Assembly (NCBI GenBank): GCA_004356105.1
Contig: SMYC01000142.1
Span: 11,041 to 75,040, forward strand
Direction: 5' to 3'
Length of the DNA stretch: 64,000 nucleotides
From: Acidobacteriota bacterium
GTDB taxonomy: Bacteria > Acidobacteriota > Vicinamibacteria > Marinacidobacterales > SMYC01
The position numbers were made by a program, and so were the translations under genes. The notes beneath the pieces are model-generated. The model saw only the letters and a program-made list of their open reading frames with translations. It searched no databases and was not told where the DNA came from. Below are positions 1 through 9,451 of this stretch, one piece after another. How positions within the stretch are numbered: position 1 is the stretch's first letter; each line of letters opens with the position of its first letter.

Positions 1-354
1 GAGGACGATTGCGGTCGCGGGTTTATCCTGGACGGGTTTCCCCGGACCATCCCGCAGGCGGAGGCGCTCGACGGGCTGCTAGACGAAGCGGAGACGCCGC
101 CTTTGGCCGTCGCCAATCTCGAGCTCGATGAAGACGAGCTCCGGCAGCGGATTGCGGGCCGGCGCGGCGAAGATCAACGCTCGGATGACAGTGAAGAGAC
201 CATGCTCAACCGCTTCCACGTCTATCAGAAGCAGACGGAGCCTCTTTTGGACTATTATAGGGATCGGGTTTCGGCCATCGACGGCCGGGGCACGGTCGAC
301 ACGGTTTTCGAGAGACTCACGAGCCTTCTCGCTTCGACGGAGGAGCGCGCATGA
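1..354 (+). CDS. adk: Adenylate kinase, C-terminal part (5'-truncated by the window edge)
   Basis: Frame 1 from base 1 reads EDDCGRGFILDGFPRTIPQAEAL...RSDDSEETMLNRFHVYQKQTEPLLDYY; it lies directly upstream of map-infA as in the spc operon. Confidence 0.95.
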   Translation, partial: EDDCGRGFILDGFPRTIPQAEALDGLLDEAETPPLAVANLELDEDELRQRIAGRRGEDQRSDDSEETMLNRFHVYQKQTEPLLDYYRDRVSAIDGRGTVDTVFERLTSLLASTEERA

Positions 355-1133
355 TTTGTCGTCGCTCCGACAAAGAGCTCGAGAAGATGCACCAGGCGAA
401 TGCTATTGTGCTGCACATACTCGAGCTCTTGAAGACGGCGCTCGAGCCGGGCATCACGACGGCGGAGCTCGACCGCATCGCGGCGGATTCGCTGAAGCGC
501 GAGGGCGCCAAAGCGGCGTTTCTAGGCTATCGCGGTTTTCCCGCGTCGCTTTGCGTTTCGGTCAATGATGAGGTCGTGCACGGGATACCGTCGGAGACGA
601 AGGTTCTCGCCGAAGGTGACATCGTGAGCTTGGATTTGGGTTCCATCGTGGACGGTTATTATGGCGACAACGCCATCACCGCGGGTGTCGGAGCTATTCC
701 GGAGCAACATGAGAGGCTTCTCACGGTAGCCGAGCGGGCGATGTTCAAGGGAATCGAGGCCATGGAGGCCGGCAATCATATTTCGGATATAGGACATGCG
801 GTGCAAAGCCATGTGGAGTGCCACGGCTATTCGGTCGTGCGCGAGTACGTGGGCCACGGCATCGGTCGTGCGCTTCACGAGGACCCACCCGTACCGAACT
901 ACGTACAAGCGGGCCGCGACCCGCGTTTGAAAAAGGGTATGTGCCTCGCGATCGAGCCGATGGTCGTCACGGGCGAGAGTCATGTGAAGACTTTGGCAGA
1001 TAAGTGGACAGTCGTGACCGCCGATGGTGGCTTTTCCGCTCACTTCGAGCGCTCGGCGACCATCACAGATTCAGGTCCGTGGATTCTCGCGGAGCCCAAG
1101 CGAGTGTATTCCGAGGGAGCTAGCATTGTCTAA
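351..1133 (+). CDS. map: Methionine aminopeptidase type I
   Basis: Motifs [14 protein letters not shown]...GYYGD, GHGIG, AIEPM, SAHFE. Confidence 0.97.
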   Translation: MICRRSDKELEKMHQANAIVLHILELLKTALEPGITTAELDRIAADSLKREGAKAAFLGYRGFPASLCVSVNDEVVHGIPSETKVLAEGDIVSLDLGSIVDGYYGDNAITAGVGAIPEQHERLLTVAERAMFKGIEAMEAGNHISDIGHAVQSHVECHGYSVVREYVGHGIGRALHEDPPVPNYVQAGRDPRLKKGMCLAIEPMVVTGESHVKTLADKWTVVTADGGFSAHFERSATITDSGPWILAEPKRVYSEGASIV

Positions 1134-1153
1134 TTGTTCTAAGGAGACTAGCA

Positions 1154-1372
1154 TTGCCTAAAGAAGATGCCATCGAAGTCTCGGCGACGGTGCTCGAGCC
1201 GCTTCCGAACGCGATGTTCAAAGTCGAGCTGGATAATAAGCATAAAGTTCTCGCTCATGTCTCGGGGAAGATGCGCAAGCATTTCATCCGCATCCTTCCT
1301 GGCGACAAGGTCCTAGTAGAGCTTTCGCCCTACGACCTGACGCGAGGTCGCATCGTCTATCGATATAAGTGA
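1154..1372 (+). CDS. infA: Translation initiation factor IF-1
   Basis: [51 protein letters not shown]; TTG start after AGGAG. Confidence 0.98.
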   Translation: MPKEDAIEVSATVLEPLPNAMFKVELDNKHKVLAHVSGKMRKHFIRILPGDKVLVELSPYDLTRGRIVYRYK

Positions 1373-1391
1373 GTTTGAAAAGGAAGCCATC

Positions 1392-1505
1392 ATGAAAGTC
1401 AGAGCCTCCGTTCGGCGTTTTTGCGCGAAGTGTAAGATTGTTCGTCGCAACCGTGTTGTGCGGGTGATTTGTGTCAACCCCAAGCACAAGCAACGACAAG
1501 GTTGA
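1392..1505 (+). CDS. rpmJ: 50S ribosomal protein L36 (Zn-binding form); not in the ORF track
   Basis: Manual translation [37 protein letters not shown]; canonical position between infA and rpsM. Confidence 0.97.
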   Translation: MKVRASVRRFCAKCKIVRRNRVVRVICVNPKHKQRQG

Positions 1506-1541
1506 GTCCAAGGAACTAGGGGAACTAAAGGAGAAAGTAGC

Positions 1542-1907
1542 GTGGCACGTATTGCCGGAGTGGATTTGCCGCGAGAAAAGCGGATCGCCATTGGCCTAAC
1601 CCATATTTATGGCATCGGCCACGTCCGGTCTGCGAGGATTCTCACGAAGGCGGGGATCGAGCCCGCGACTCGCGTCAAGGAGTTGACCGAGCAGCAGGTC
1701 AGCCAGATCAGCAGGACGATCGACGACGAAGGCGGTGTCGAGGGCGATCTGCGCAAGGAGGTCTCGATGAACATCAAGCGATTGATGGATATCGGGGCCT
1801 ATCGCGGTCTCCGTCATCGCCGCGGTCTCCCGGTGCGGGGGCAGCGCACGAGCACCAATGCCAGGACGCGCAAAGGGCCGAAGCGTGGCCAAATGAGGAA
1901 GAGGTAG
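1542..1907 (+). CDS. rpsM: 30S ribosomal protein S13
   Basis: [10 protein letters not shown]...[26 protein letters not shown]. Confidence 0.98.
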   Translation: MARIAGVDLPREKRIAIGLTHIYGIGHVRSARILTKAGIEPATRVKELTEQQVSQISRTIDDEGGVEGDLRKEVSMNIKRLMDIGAYRGLRHRRGLPVRGQRTSTNARTRKGPKRGQMRKR

Positions 1908-1914
1908 TCCCGTT

Positions 1915-2334
1915 ATGGCGAAGAAGAAGAAGAAAAAAGACGACAAGAAGGGCAAGCGCAAGACCTTCAAGAAGAAGGAAAAGCGCACGCTCTTGAGCGG
2001 GATCGCCCATATTCAAGCGACCTTCAACAACACGCACGTGACTGTCTCCGACATGGAAGGCAATGTCGTGGCTTGGGCGAGCGCGGGCGGCCTCGGTTTC
2101 AAAGGCTCGCGCAAAGGAACGCCTTTCGCGGCGCAGCAGGCCGCGAGCCAGGTGGCTCAAACGGTGAGGTCCATGGGATGCAAGAGCTTGGAGATTCGGG
2201 TGAAAGGGCCTGGCTCCGGCCGCGAATCCGCCATCCGTGCGCTTCAAGCGGCGGGAATCATTGTCAAGTCCATCCGCGACGTGACCCCGATCCCTCATAA
2301 TGGCTGCCGGCCTCCCAAGCGGCGCCGGGTGTAA
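1915..2334 (+). CDS. rpsK: 30S ribosomal protein S11
   Basis: [53 protein letters not shown]. Confidence 0.98.
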   Translation: MAKKKKKKDDKKGKRKTFKKKEKRTLLSGIAHIQATFNNTHVTVSDMEGNVVAWASAGGLGFKGSRKGTPFAAQQAASQVAQTVRSMGCKSLEIRVKGPGSGRESAIRALQAAGIIVKSIRDVTPIPHNGCRPPKRRRV

Positions 2335-2371
2335 TCGCTATGCCCGCTATCACGATTATTAACGACACGCC

Positions 2372-2398
2372 TGACATGAATGACATGAATGACATGAA
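2372..2398. repeat. Tandem repeat (TGACATGAA)x3 in the rpsK-rpsD spacer
   Basis: Three perfect 9-nt units read directly from the sequence. Confidence 0.9.
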
Positions 2399-2442
2399 AG
2401 CTGAATGCCGAGAGCCGAGCGCTTCCGGCCGGGAGGAGACTA

Positions 2443-3072
2443 TTGGCTAGGTACCGCGGTCCAGTTTGCCGGCTTTGCCGGCGCGAAGGGATGAAGCTCT
2501 TCCTGAAAGGGGAGCGTTGCTTCGGCCCCAAATGCGCTATCGAGAAGCGAAACTTCGCCCCGGGCGCTCACGGCAAGTCTCGTCGAGCGCGCATCCAGGG
2601 CTATGGCCTTCAGCTGCGAGAAAAGCAGAAGGTCAAAAGAACCTATGGGCTTCTCGAGAAGCAGTTTCGGCTCTATTTCAAGCGCGCCGAGCGAACCCGT
2701 GGCATCACGGGGGAAATCTTGTTGCAGTCGCTCGAGCTGCGACTCGACAACACGGTCTATCGGCTCGGCTTCGCCACGTCGCGGCCTCAAGCGCGTCTTC
2801 TCGTCTGCCACGGTCACGTTCGTATCGGTGACAGACGGGTCAACATCCCGTCTTATGCCGTGCGCGAAGGCGATCTCGTTTCCATCGGTCCGAAATATGC
2901 ACAACATCATCAGTTTCTGCACGCCGCCGAAGTGGTAAAAAGCCGCGGCGTGCCCAAGTGGTTGGAGCTCAACGAAGAGGGTACAACAGGCAGAGTCGCG
3001 GCGCTTCCCGCCCGCGACGACCTGGAGCTTTCGTTTCAAGAACAGCTTATCGTCGAGCTCTATTCGAAGTAA
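2443..3072 (+). CDS. rpsD: 30S ribosomal protein S4 (Cys-containing form)
   Basis: [47 protein letters not shown]; TTG start after GGAGG. Confidence 0.98.
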   Translation: MARYRGPVCRLCRREGMKLFLKGERCFGPKCAIEKRNFAPGAHGKSRRARIQGYGLQLREKQKVKRTYGLLEKQFRLYFKRAERTRGITGEILLQSLELRLDNTVYRLGFATSRPQARLLVCHGHVRIGDRRVNIPSYAVREGDLVSIGPKYAQHHQFLHAAEVVKSRGVPKWLELNEEGTTGRVAALPARDDLELSFQEQLIVELYSK

Positions 3073-3133
3073 GTCGTTTACAGCAGGTCCCGCGCTTGCC
3101 GCGGGACGCGACCAGAGGAGGTCTTTCGAACGT

Positions 3134-4093
3134 ATGCTCTGGACAGGATTTCAAAAGCCCAAGCGGCTCGAGGTGGAACATTCTACCCTGACCCCAACAT
3201 TCGGCCGGTTCTACGCGCAGCCATTCGAACGTGGTTTCGGAACCACGATCGGAAACGCACTCAGGCGCGTGCTCTTGTCGTCCATCGAAGGTGCGGCCAT
3301 CACGGCCGTGAAGATCGATGGCGTGCTCCACGAGTTCTCCCCGATTCCGGGAGCGCTCGAGGACTCGACCGAGATTATCTTGAACTTGAAACGCATCCCT
3401 TTCAAGCTGCGCACGCCCGGGCCGAAGACGGTTACCCTTCAGGCCCAGGGCGAAGGCGTTGTGAAGTCAGGCGATATCGATCTTCCGTCGGATATCGAAG
3501 TTCTCGATCCGGACATCCCGATCGCCAACTTGTCCCCGTCGGGAAAGCTTGCCATCGAGATGCGTCTCAACGACGGCAGGGGCTATGTTGCGGCCGACAA
3601 GAACTTCGAAGAGGACCTTTCGATCGGCTATATCCCGCTCGACTCCGTCCATTCGCCCGTCAAGAAAGTGAACTATGTCGTCGAGGCTGCTCGCGTGGGG
3701 CAAGCCACCGATTACGACAAGTTGACCCTGGATGTTTGGACGAATGGCTGTGTGACGCCGCAGGACGCGGTCGGCCTCGCGTCGAAGCTCATCAAGGACC
3801 ACCTGACCATCTTTGTTAACTTCGAGGAAGAGATTGCGGTGGACGAGACCGTGACCGTGACCGAGCGCGACGCGATTGTGGAACATCTGAACCGCAGCGT
3901 CGACGAGCTTGAGCTCTCTGTCCGCTCGTATAACTGCTTGAAGAACGCGGATATCAAGACGATCGGTGAGCTCGTGACCAAGTCGGAAGCAGAAATGCTA
4001 AAGACCAAGAATTTCGGGCGCAAGTCCCTCAATGAGATCAAAGAAATTCTGGGAACGATGGGGCTTTCGCTGGGGATGAGAATCGAGACATGA
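3134..4093 (+). CDS. rpoA: RNA polymerase subunit alpha
   Basis: [49 protein letters not shown]. Confidence 0.98.
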   Translation: MLWTGFQKPKRLEVEHSTLTPTFGRFYAQPFERGFGTTIGNALRRVLLSSIEGAAITAVKIDGVLHEFSPIPGALEDSTEIILNLKRIPFKLRTPGPKTVTLQAQGEGVVKSGDIDLPSDIEVLDPDIPIANLSPSGKLAIEMRLNDGRGYVAADKNFEEDLSIGYIPLDSVHSPVKKVNYVVEAARVGQATDYDKLTLDVWTNGCVTPQDAVGLASKLIKDHLTIFVNFEEEIAVDETVTVTERDAIVEHLNRSVDELELSVRSYNCLKNADIKTIGELVTKSEAEMLKTKNFGRKSLNEIKEILGTMGLSLGMRIET

Positions 4094-4587
4094 GACATCG
4101 CGTCGCTCATCGCAAGCTCGGCCGCACTTCCGCGCATCGGCTGAGCTTGCTACGCAACATGGCGGCCTCCCTGATCAAACACGAGCGTATTCGCACCACG
4201 GTAGCCAAAGCGAAGGAGCTACGGCCTTTCGTGGAAAAGCTCGTGACGCTTGGAAAAAGGGATTCACTCCATGCCCGCCGCCAGGCGCTATCTATCCTTC
4301 CGCAGAAGGACGTCGTGCGTCGGCTCTTTGGTGAGATCTCGCCGCGCTTTTCCGAGCGCCCGGGCGGCTATACCCGCATCTTCAAGCTCGGTCCGCGCCG
4401 CGGCGACGGTGCGCCGATGGCGTTCATCGAGTTCGTGGACTTCGTCTTCAAGGGCGCGGCTGGAGCACCCGAAGCGAAGAAGAAAAAGTCGAAGGCCAAG
4501 GACGAGCCTGAGGAAGTCGAAGCGTCGACCGAATCCGAAGAGGAAGTGGAGCAGGACGACGGCGCCGACGAGAAAGATTCCAAGTAG
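4090..4587 (+). CDS. rplQ: 50S ribosomal protein L17 with acidic C-terminal extension
   Basis: [38 protein letters not shown]. Confidence 0.97.
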   Translation: MRHRVAHRKLGRTSAHRLSLLRNMAASLIKHERIRTTVAKAKELRPFVEKLVTLGKRDSLHARRQALSILPQKDVVRRLFGEISPRFSERPGGYTRIFKLGPRRGDGAPMAFIEFVDFVFKGAAGAPEAKKKKSKAKDEPEEVEASTESEEEVEQDDGADEKDSK

Positions 4588-4605
4588 AATCGCGTAGCTC
4601 ACAAG

Positions 4606-4647
4606 AACGGCCCGGAGAGTCAGTAAATTCTCCGGGCCGTTTTCTTG
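4606..4647 (+). terminator. Rho-independent terminator closing the alpha operon
   Basis: Perfect 13-bp stem AACGGCCCGGAGA / TCTCCGGGCCGTT with a 10-nt loop, followed by TTCTTGT. Confidence 0.85.
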
Positions 4648-4704
4648 TCTGGCATTCGCTCCCCGTCGGTCGTCTCCTCCTACGGATGTATACAGGAAAG
4701 AACA

Positions 4705-4835
4705 GCCACAGAGGCACAGAGCCACAGAGGGTGAAGAGGTGGTTTCGTGACGCGGCGTCGGAAGATGACTCTTGGGAACGGCCCGACAAGTACGAAGAGT
4801 GCACTCAAACCTCTGTGTCTCTGTGCCTCTGTGGC
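4705..4835. repeat. Inverted-repeat element with 26-bp arms built from CACAGAG units (REP/MITE-like)
   Basis: Left arm GCCACAGAGGCACAGAGCCACAGAGG (4705-4730); right arm 4810-4835 is its reverse complement with 1 mismatch; related element at 50387-50602. Confidence 0.85.
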
Positions 4836-4844
4836 AAAAAACAG

Positions 4845-6923
4845 TCAGGCTTTGGCTTCTAGCTCTGCCTTACGTTCCGCGACGATCTTTTGAATTTGGT
4901 GCGCGGGCACTTCCTCGTAGTGGGAGAACTCCATGTGGAAAGCGCCTCGCCCGCCCGTCATCGATGTCAAAGCGGGCTCGTAGTTCAACATCTCCGCCAT
5001 GGGCACCTGCGCCTTGATGGAGGTGGCGTTGCCTTTCGTGTCCATTCCCTGAGTGCGCCCCCGGCGTGAGTTGAGGTCGCCCATCACATCTCCGGTACTC
5101 TCCTCCGGGACGGTGATTTCCACATCCATGATGGGCTCGAGAAGCGTGGGCTTGCATTTCTGCATCGCTTCTTTGAACGCCATCGAGCCCGCGATCTTGA
5201 AGGCCATTTCGGACGAATCCACCGCGTGGTATTTTCCATCGAAAACCGTAGCTTTGAAGTCGACCATCGGATAGCCGGCGAGAAAACCTTTGAGCCGGGC
5301 TTGCTGAATGCCTTTTTCTACCGCGGGGATGAACTGCCTGGGGATGGAGCCGCCAAAGACTTCGTTGCCGAACTGGAAGTCGGCGCCGGATTCGAGAGGC
5401 TCGAAGCGCACGTGGCAATCGGCGAACTGGCCGTGGCCGCCCGTTTGTTTCTTGTGCCGCGCATGCGCCTCGGCCGTCCCTTTGATGGTCTCGCGATACG
5501 GGACTTTCGGCGGATGAAGGTCGACTTCGACGCCGAATTTCTCTTTGAGGCGCGCAACGACGACCTCGATATGGAGCTGGCCCGTCCCGGAGAGAATGAG
5601 CTCACCGTCCCGACGGAAACGCAGCATGTTGTCCTCTTCGCCCATGCGCTGGAGCGCCTGGTTGATTTTTTCTTCATCGCCCCGAGACTTCGGCTCGATG
5701 GCGAAGCTGATGACGGGCTCGGGAAACACGACCTTCTTGAAGGTGATGGGAGCGGACTTGTCCGCGAGAGTGTCTCCGGTATGGCTATCCTTGAGCTTGG
5801 CGACCGAGCCGAGGTCCCCGGCTCGAATCTCATCGACAGGAACGGAGTCCTTGCCTTGCAAGAGCGCCAAGCCTCCGAGGCGCTCGGCCGATTCGGACGT
5901 CGTGTTCTGATACGAAGAGTCCGGCTTGAGAATGCCGCTCATGACCCTGAACAAACTGATGCGGCCCGCGAACGGGTCGGCAATGGTCTTGAAAATAAGA
6001 GCGCTTACCGGCTCTTCGCTCGAGATTTTGCGCGTGATTTCGTTGCCATCGGCGTCGAGGGCGTTGGTCTCGCCGCGCGCGTCCGGCGCCGGGCCGAGCT
6101 CGACGAGAGCGTTCATGAGCGGTTGCACCGCAATGTTGCGGGCGCCGGCACAGGCGAAGACTGGGTATACGTTGCCTGCGAGAATCGCTTGTTTCAAACC
6201 CGAAAGGAGCTCTTCCGCGCTCAACTCGCCCTGGTCGAAATATTTTTCCATCAAGGCATCGTCGCCCTCGGCGACCATCTCCACGAGCGTGCCATGCGCG
6301 GCCTCGACTTCGTCTTTCATCTCCGCGGGAACGTCCTGTTCTTTGAACGAGCCCTTTTCGCCGTCTTCGTAGATATAGGCGCGCATCCGCACGAGATCGA
6401 CGACGCCTTTGAAGTTACTTTCCTCCCCTACCGGAAGCTGGACAGGAACGGCCTCACGGCCAAACGCTTCTGTTACCGATTCGAACGACCGAGAAAAACT
6501 GGAACGATCGCGGTCGAGGCGGTTGATGACGATCATACGCGCGGGTCCGAACTCGTCCGCGAACTGCCAGACCTTTTCCGCCTGCACTTCGACCCCGCCG
6601 ACGCCGCAGATGTTGACGAGCATCGTGTCCGCCACTCGGAGGGCCAGGCGTGCCTCCTGGATGAAGTTGCCATATCCAGGCGTATCGAGAAGGTTGAGCT
6701 TCGTCTTGTTCCACTCGCAATGGGCGAGCGATGTGGACAGGCTGATTTGGCGCGCGATCTCATCCGCGTCGAAATCGGTCACGGTATTGCCGTCTTCGAC
6801 CTTGCCAAGGCGGTTGACGGCGCCAGCATCAAACAGCATTGCCGATGTCAGCGAAGTCTTTCCAGAGCCACCGTGCCCCACGATGGCAACGTTGCGGATA
6901 CCGGCAGTATCGTAGATCTTCAT
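4845..6923 (-). CDS. fusA: Elongation factor G paralog (EF-G2/EF-G II type)
   Basis: RNVAIVGHGGSGKT, LDTPG, NRLD, domain IV HKKQTGGHGQF, YHAVDSSEMAF; G2 region reads DEIARQISL instead of ERERGITI; start moved to ATG 6923 (GGAGG upstream). Confidence 0.92.
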   Translation of the reverse strand: MKIYDTAGIRNVAIVGHGGSGKTSLTSAMLFDAGAVNRLGKVEDGNTVTDFDADEIARQISLSTSLAHCEWNKTKLNLLDTPGYGNFIQEARLALRVADTMLVNICGVGGVEVQAEKVWQFADEFGPARMIVINRLDRDRSSFSRSFESVTEAFGREAVPVQLPVGEESNFKGVVDLVRMRAYIYEDGEKGSFKEQDVPAEMKDEVEAAHGTLVEMVAEGDDALMEKYFDQGELSAEELLSGLKQAILAGNVYPVFACAGARNIAVQPLMNALVELGPAPDARGETNALDADGNEITRKISSEEPVSALIFKTIADPFAGRISLFRVMSGILKPDSSYQNTTSESAERLGGLALLQGKDSVPVDEIRAGDLGSVAKLKDSHTGDTLADKSAPITFKKVVFPEPVISFAIEPKSRGDEEKINQALQRMGEEDNMLRFRRDGELILSGTGQLHIEVVVARLKEKFGVEVDLHPPKVPYRETIKGTAEAHARHKKQTGGHGQFADCHVRFEPLESGADFQFGNEVFGGSIPRQFIPAVEKGIQQARLKGFLAGYPMVDFKATVFDGKYHAVDSSEMAFKIAGSMAFKEAMQKCKPTLLEPIMDVEITVPEESTGDVMGDLNSRRGRTQGMDTKGNATSIKAQVPMAEMLNYEPALTSMTGGRGAFHMEFSHYEEVPAHQIQKIVAERKAELEAKA

Positions 6924-7024
6924 CGGGCCTCCGTCGGAATATAGAGGTAGGGTCGGCCCCACCACACGCCCTTCCCTCCCGTCGGGCGGGTGATCGGGTT
7001 CCCTCTCGGACTCCTGAGCCAAGA

Positions 7025-7068
7025 ATTATACCATCGGCCCCTCCGGGCAAGCCATATCAAACTATAAT
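7025..7068. promoter_or_regulatory. Back-to-back -10 boxes for fusA2 (minus strand, TGGTATAAT) and the pilM-like operon (plus strand, TATAAT)
   Basis: ATTATA at 7025-7030 (TATAAT on the minus strand with extended TG) and TATAAT at 7063-7068. Confidence 0.6.
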
Positions 7069-7104
7069 TGGGGTCTGTGCGGACGGCCGTCCCCCGATGG
7101 TGGG

Positions 7105-7135
7105 CCTGCCTCGCCGAAGCCTTGGCGAAGGCGGG
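7105..7135. repeat. REP-like imperfect palindrome CCTGCCTCGCCGAAGCCTTGGCGAAGGCGGG
   Basis: Self-complementary TCGCC...GGCGA core with GC-rich flanks; recalls the CCTTCGCCAAGGCTTCGGCG type of intergenic repeat. Confidence 0.55.
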
Positions 7136-7161
7136 GCGGCTCGGATCCGGCGCGAGCAGTT

Positions 7162-7995
7162 ATGTCGAGCTTTTTCTGGCCTTTCCAAAAGAAGCGCATT
7201 GGCCTCGCCTTTTCGGATCGTCTCGTCCTTGCCATATGCAACGGAGGGCCCCTCCAGATTGCAATGCGAGAGCTTCCCGTGGGGCTGATAGCGCCCTCCT
7301 CGGTTACCCCCAACATCCGCTCTGTCGCGGAGCTCGCCCAGCTAGCCGAAGACGCTCTAGGAGAGCTCGAAGCGCGCCGTGAAGGCGTTGTGGTTCTGTT
7401 GCCCGATCGTTCGATCGTGACAGCGCTCTACACCTCACGTCGGGGGGCTTCTGAAAAAGAGCTCAAGGTCGAGATGGGCGCGAAACTGGCCTTTCCGAGC
7501 ACGGAGGCCCGCTTCGATTTCTGGCGAGGGCGAGGTGGCGCGGTGCTCGGCGCCGCGGTCCGCGAGGCCGTGGCTGAGCAATACGAGCAGGTCGTCGAGG
7601 CCACGGATAGCCGGCTCGGTTGGGTGGATAGCACGAGCCTGGCCAGAATCCCTGCCTGGGCGCGACCGTCCGGCGGGAGCGGGCTCGACGTTCAGCTCCA
7701 GCTTTATGAGAACCACTACTGTCTGTCGGTCTTCGTCGAGGGGTCGCTCGTCGATTTGCGCATCAAGCTTCGGCCGGCGGGCATATTGGACGGCGTGCAG
7801 CGAGAAGTGACGCGCTTGCCAGCCCTTCACGGCGTTGCCTTGGGCGCCATCACCGTGCTCGGGGAAGGTGCCGCCGCGCTCGCGGCGGCCCTCGAAGAGA
7901 TCCCAGACGTCGGACGCGTTCACGTCGAGGACGACGGTGAGGAGCGTTTGCTGGCCTCGGCCCTGAAGGCCTTGCTGGAGCGTCCGCGGCCATGA
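7162..7995 (+). CDS. PilM/GspL-like cytoplasmic alignment-complex protein
   Basis: IGLAFSDRLVLA N-terminal strand, VVVLLPD, VLGAAVREAVAEQYEQVV, LGWVD pattern; coupled to the next two genes by ATGA overlaps. Confidence 0.6.
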   Translation: MSSFFWPFQKKRIGLAFSDRLVLAICNGGPLQIAMRELPVGLIAPSSVTPNIRSVAELAQLAEDALGELEARREGVVVLLPDRSIVTALYTSRRGASEKELKVEMGAKLAFPSTEARFDFWRGRGGAVLGAAVREAVAEQYEQVVEATDSRLGWVDSTSLARIPAWARPSGGSGLDVQLQLYENHYCLSVFVEGSLVDLRIKLRPAGILDGVQREVTRLPALHGVALGAITVLGEGAAALAAALEEIPDVGRVHVEDDGEERLLASALKALLERPRP

Positions 7996-8519
7996 ACGCT
8001 GGAATCTATCTCGGCCCGCGAAAAAACGTTTGGCGCCGCGCGCGAGCCCTGCTCCTGGCCTTCGCTGCCATACCCACGCTCTTCCACGGCGTCGAGCGTT
8101 ACGTTCGGCGCCAAGAGGTCGCGACGCTACGCGGTGAGCTTGCCACGATGGAGGAAGAACTTTCTCGCACGCTGTCTTCGACTGCACTCAGTGAAAGCCG
8201 CGCTGTCATGTGGCAGCTTCGCGCCATCTCTGAATCCGGCGTGGCGGGGGCGATTCCGGTGACGGAGCTCTTGAAGCTCCTCGAGAGAACATTACCAGAC
8301 GGTGTGGCTCTCATGGGCGTCAGCATCGACCCTATCCCGCCGCGCGCAAGCTTGACGATCGAAGCTCGGGCCGCGCGTGCCGCGGACGTGACGGAGCTTC
8401 AGAAAAACGTAGCGAGCTCGCCACGGGTGGCTGTAACGCAACTACTCGAAGAGCGGCGAGCGCCGGACGGCTTGCTGACGATCCGCCTGCGGGTGGACTT
8501 GATCGGAGGGCGGCCATGA
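7992..8519 (+). CDS. PilN-like inner-membrane protein
   Basis: One N-terminal TM segment, a coiled coil, then LLKLLERTLPDGVALMGVSI...LTIEARA ferredoxin-like pattern. Confidence 0.65.
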   Translation: MNAGIYLGPRKNVWRRARALLLAFAAIPTLFHGVERYVRRQEVATLRGELATMEEELSRTLSSTALSESRAVMWQLRAISESGVAGAIPVTELLKLLERTLPDGVALMGVSIDPIPPRASLTIEARAARAADVTELQKNVASSPRVAVTQLLEERRAPDGLLTIRLRVDLIGGRP

Positions 8520-9445
8520 AGGCCATGGTGGTTGCCTGGGTCGTCCTCGTCGCCGTCAACAGCGCGCTTTGGGTCGAGGGCCGTTCCGTCTCCCAGGAGC
8601 TGGCCGAGCTCAAAAAGCAGTTCGCCGAGGGCTCGGAGCAGGTTCTGAGAGAGCGCGCCTTGTCGAGGGAGCGTCAACGTTTCGAGAAGCTCGTAGAACT
8701 GTCGCGGGACAGGATGCTAGCCGCGCCCCTCGGCATAGCGCCTCTTCGGAATCTTCTGATCGAGGCCGAGCGCGGTCTAGCCGTAGAGCGGCTCACACTC
8801 GATTTTCACTCTGCCGCCCGGCTTCCCGCCGGTCTCGACGGCAATCGTATCAACGCGAGCTATCGGGGCTCCCTCGACGGGCTCTTCGGCTATCTCGATC
8901 GCGTCGAAGCCGCGCACTTGCCGTTAATGACACAAACGTTCTCCCTTAGAAGCGATGGGGCAGGCTCGAGGATGACGCTCGCGATCCGTTGGTTAGCGCT
9001 GTGGCCACTCGACGTGGAGTCGACTCCTATAGCGCTCCTGCCCGCCGAGGTCGAAAGACTGACCGCTTGGATCGAGCTTCCGCGCCCTCTCGCGCTCGGC
9101 CGCGATCTCTTCGCGTTCGGAGACATCGCGCCCGAGCAAGAAGCCCGGCCTCTCGAGACGGCGGCCGAGATAGAAGCCGCGCCGCCCGAGCTACCCGAAA
9201 CAGAGGACCTTGCTCAGGAGGCGCCACCGAGTCCCGAGCTCACAGGATTCGTGCTCGTGCGGCCCGAGCTCGAGTCCGATGTAGGGCGGCGGGTGCTGGC
9301 GGCGATGCGCTATGAGGGCACCGTGCGCCTCGTCCAAGTGGGTGACCACATCGGCGGCTACGTCGTTGTGCGCATCGACGCGCGCGAGAGCGTGACCCTT
9401 GCCGATGCGGGAACGGGTGAGAAACTCTTGCTCCGCCTCGAATAG
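8516..9445 (+). CDS. PilO/GspM-like protein with a C-terminal PilP/GspC-like domain
   Basis: N-terminal TM plus coiled coil, INASYRGSLDGLFGYLDRVE (PilO-like), acidic linker, then ELTGFV...VRLVQVGDHIGGYVVVRIDARESVTL. Confidence 0.55.
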   Translation: MKAMVVAWVVLVAVNSALWVEGRSVSQELAELKKQFAEGSEQVLRERALSRERQRFEKLVELSRDRMLAAPLGIAPLRNLLIEAERGLAVERLTLDFHSAARLPAGLDGNRINASYRGSLDGLFGYLDRVEAAHLPLMTQTFSLRSDGAGSRMTLAIRWLALWPLDVESTPIALLPAEVERLTAWIELPRPLALGRDLFAFGDIAPEQEARPLETAAEIEAAPPELPETEDLAQEAPPSPELTGFVLVRPELESDVGRRVLAAMRYEGTVRLVQVGDHIGGYVVVRIDARESVTLADAGTGEKLLLRLE

Positions 9446-9451
9446 CTTGCT

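Noticed and set aside
5226-6944. 572-aa plus-strand ORF
   Set aside because: Antisense shadow of fusA2; no motifs; typical of GC-rich codon bias
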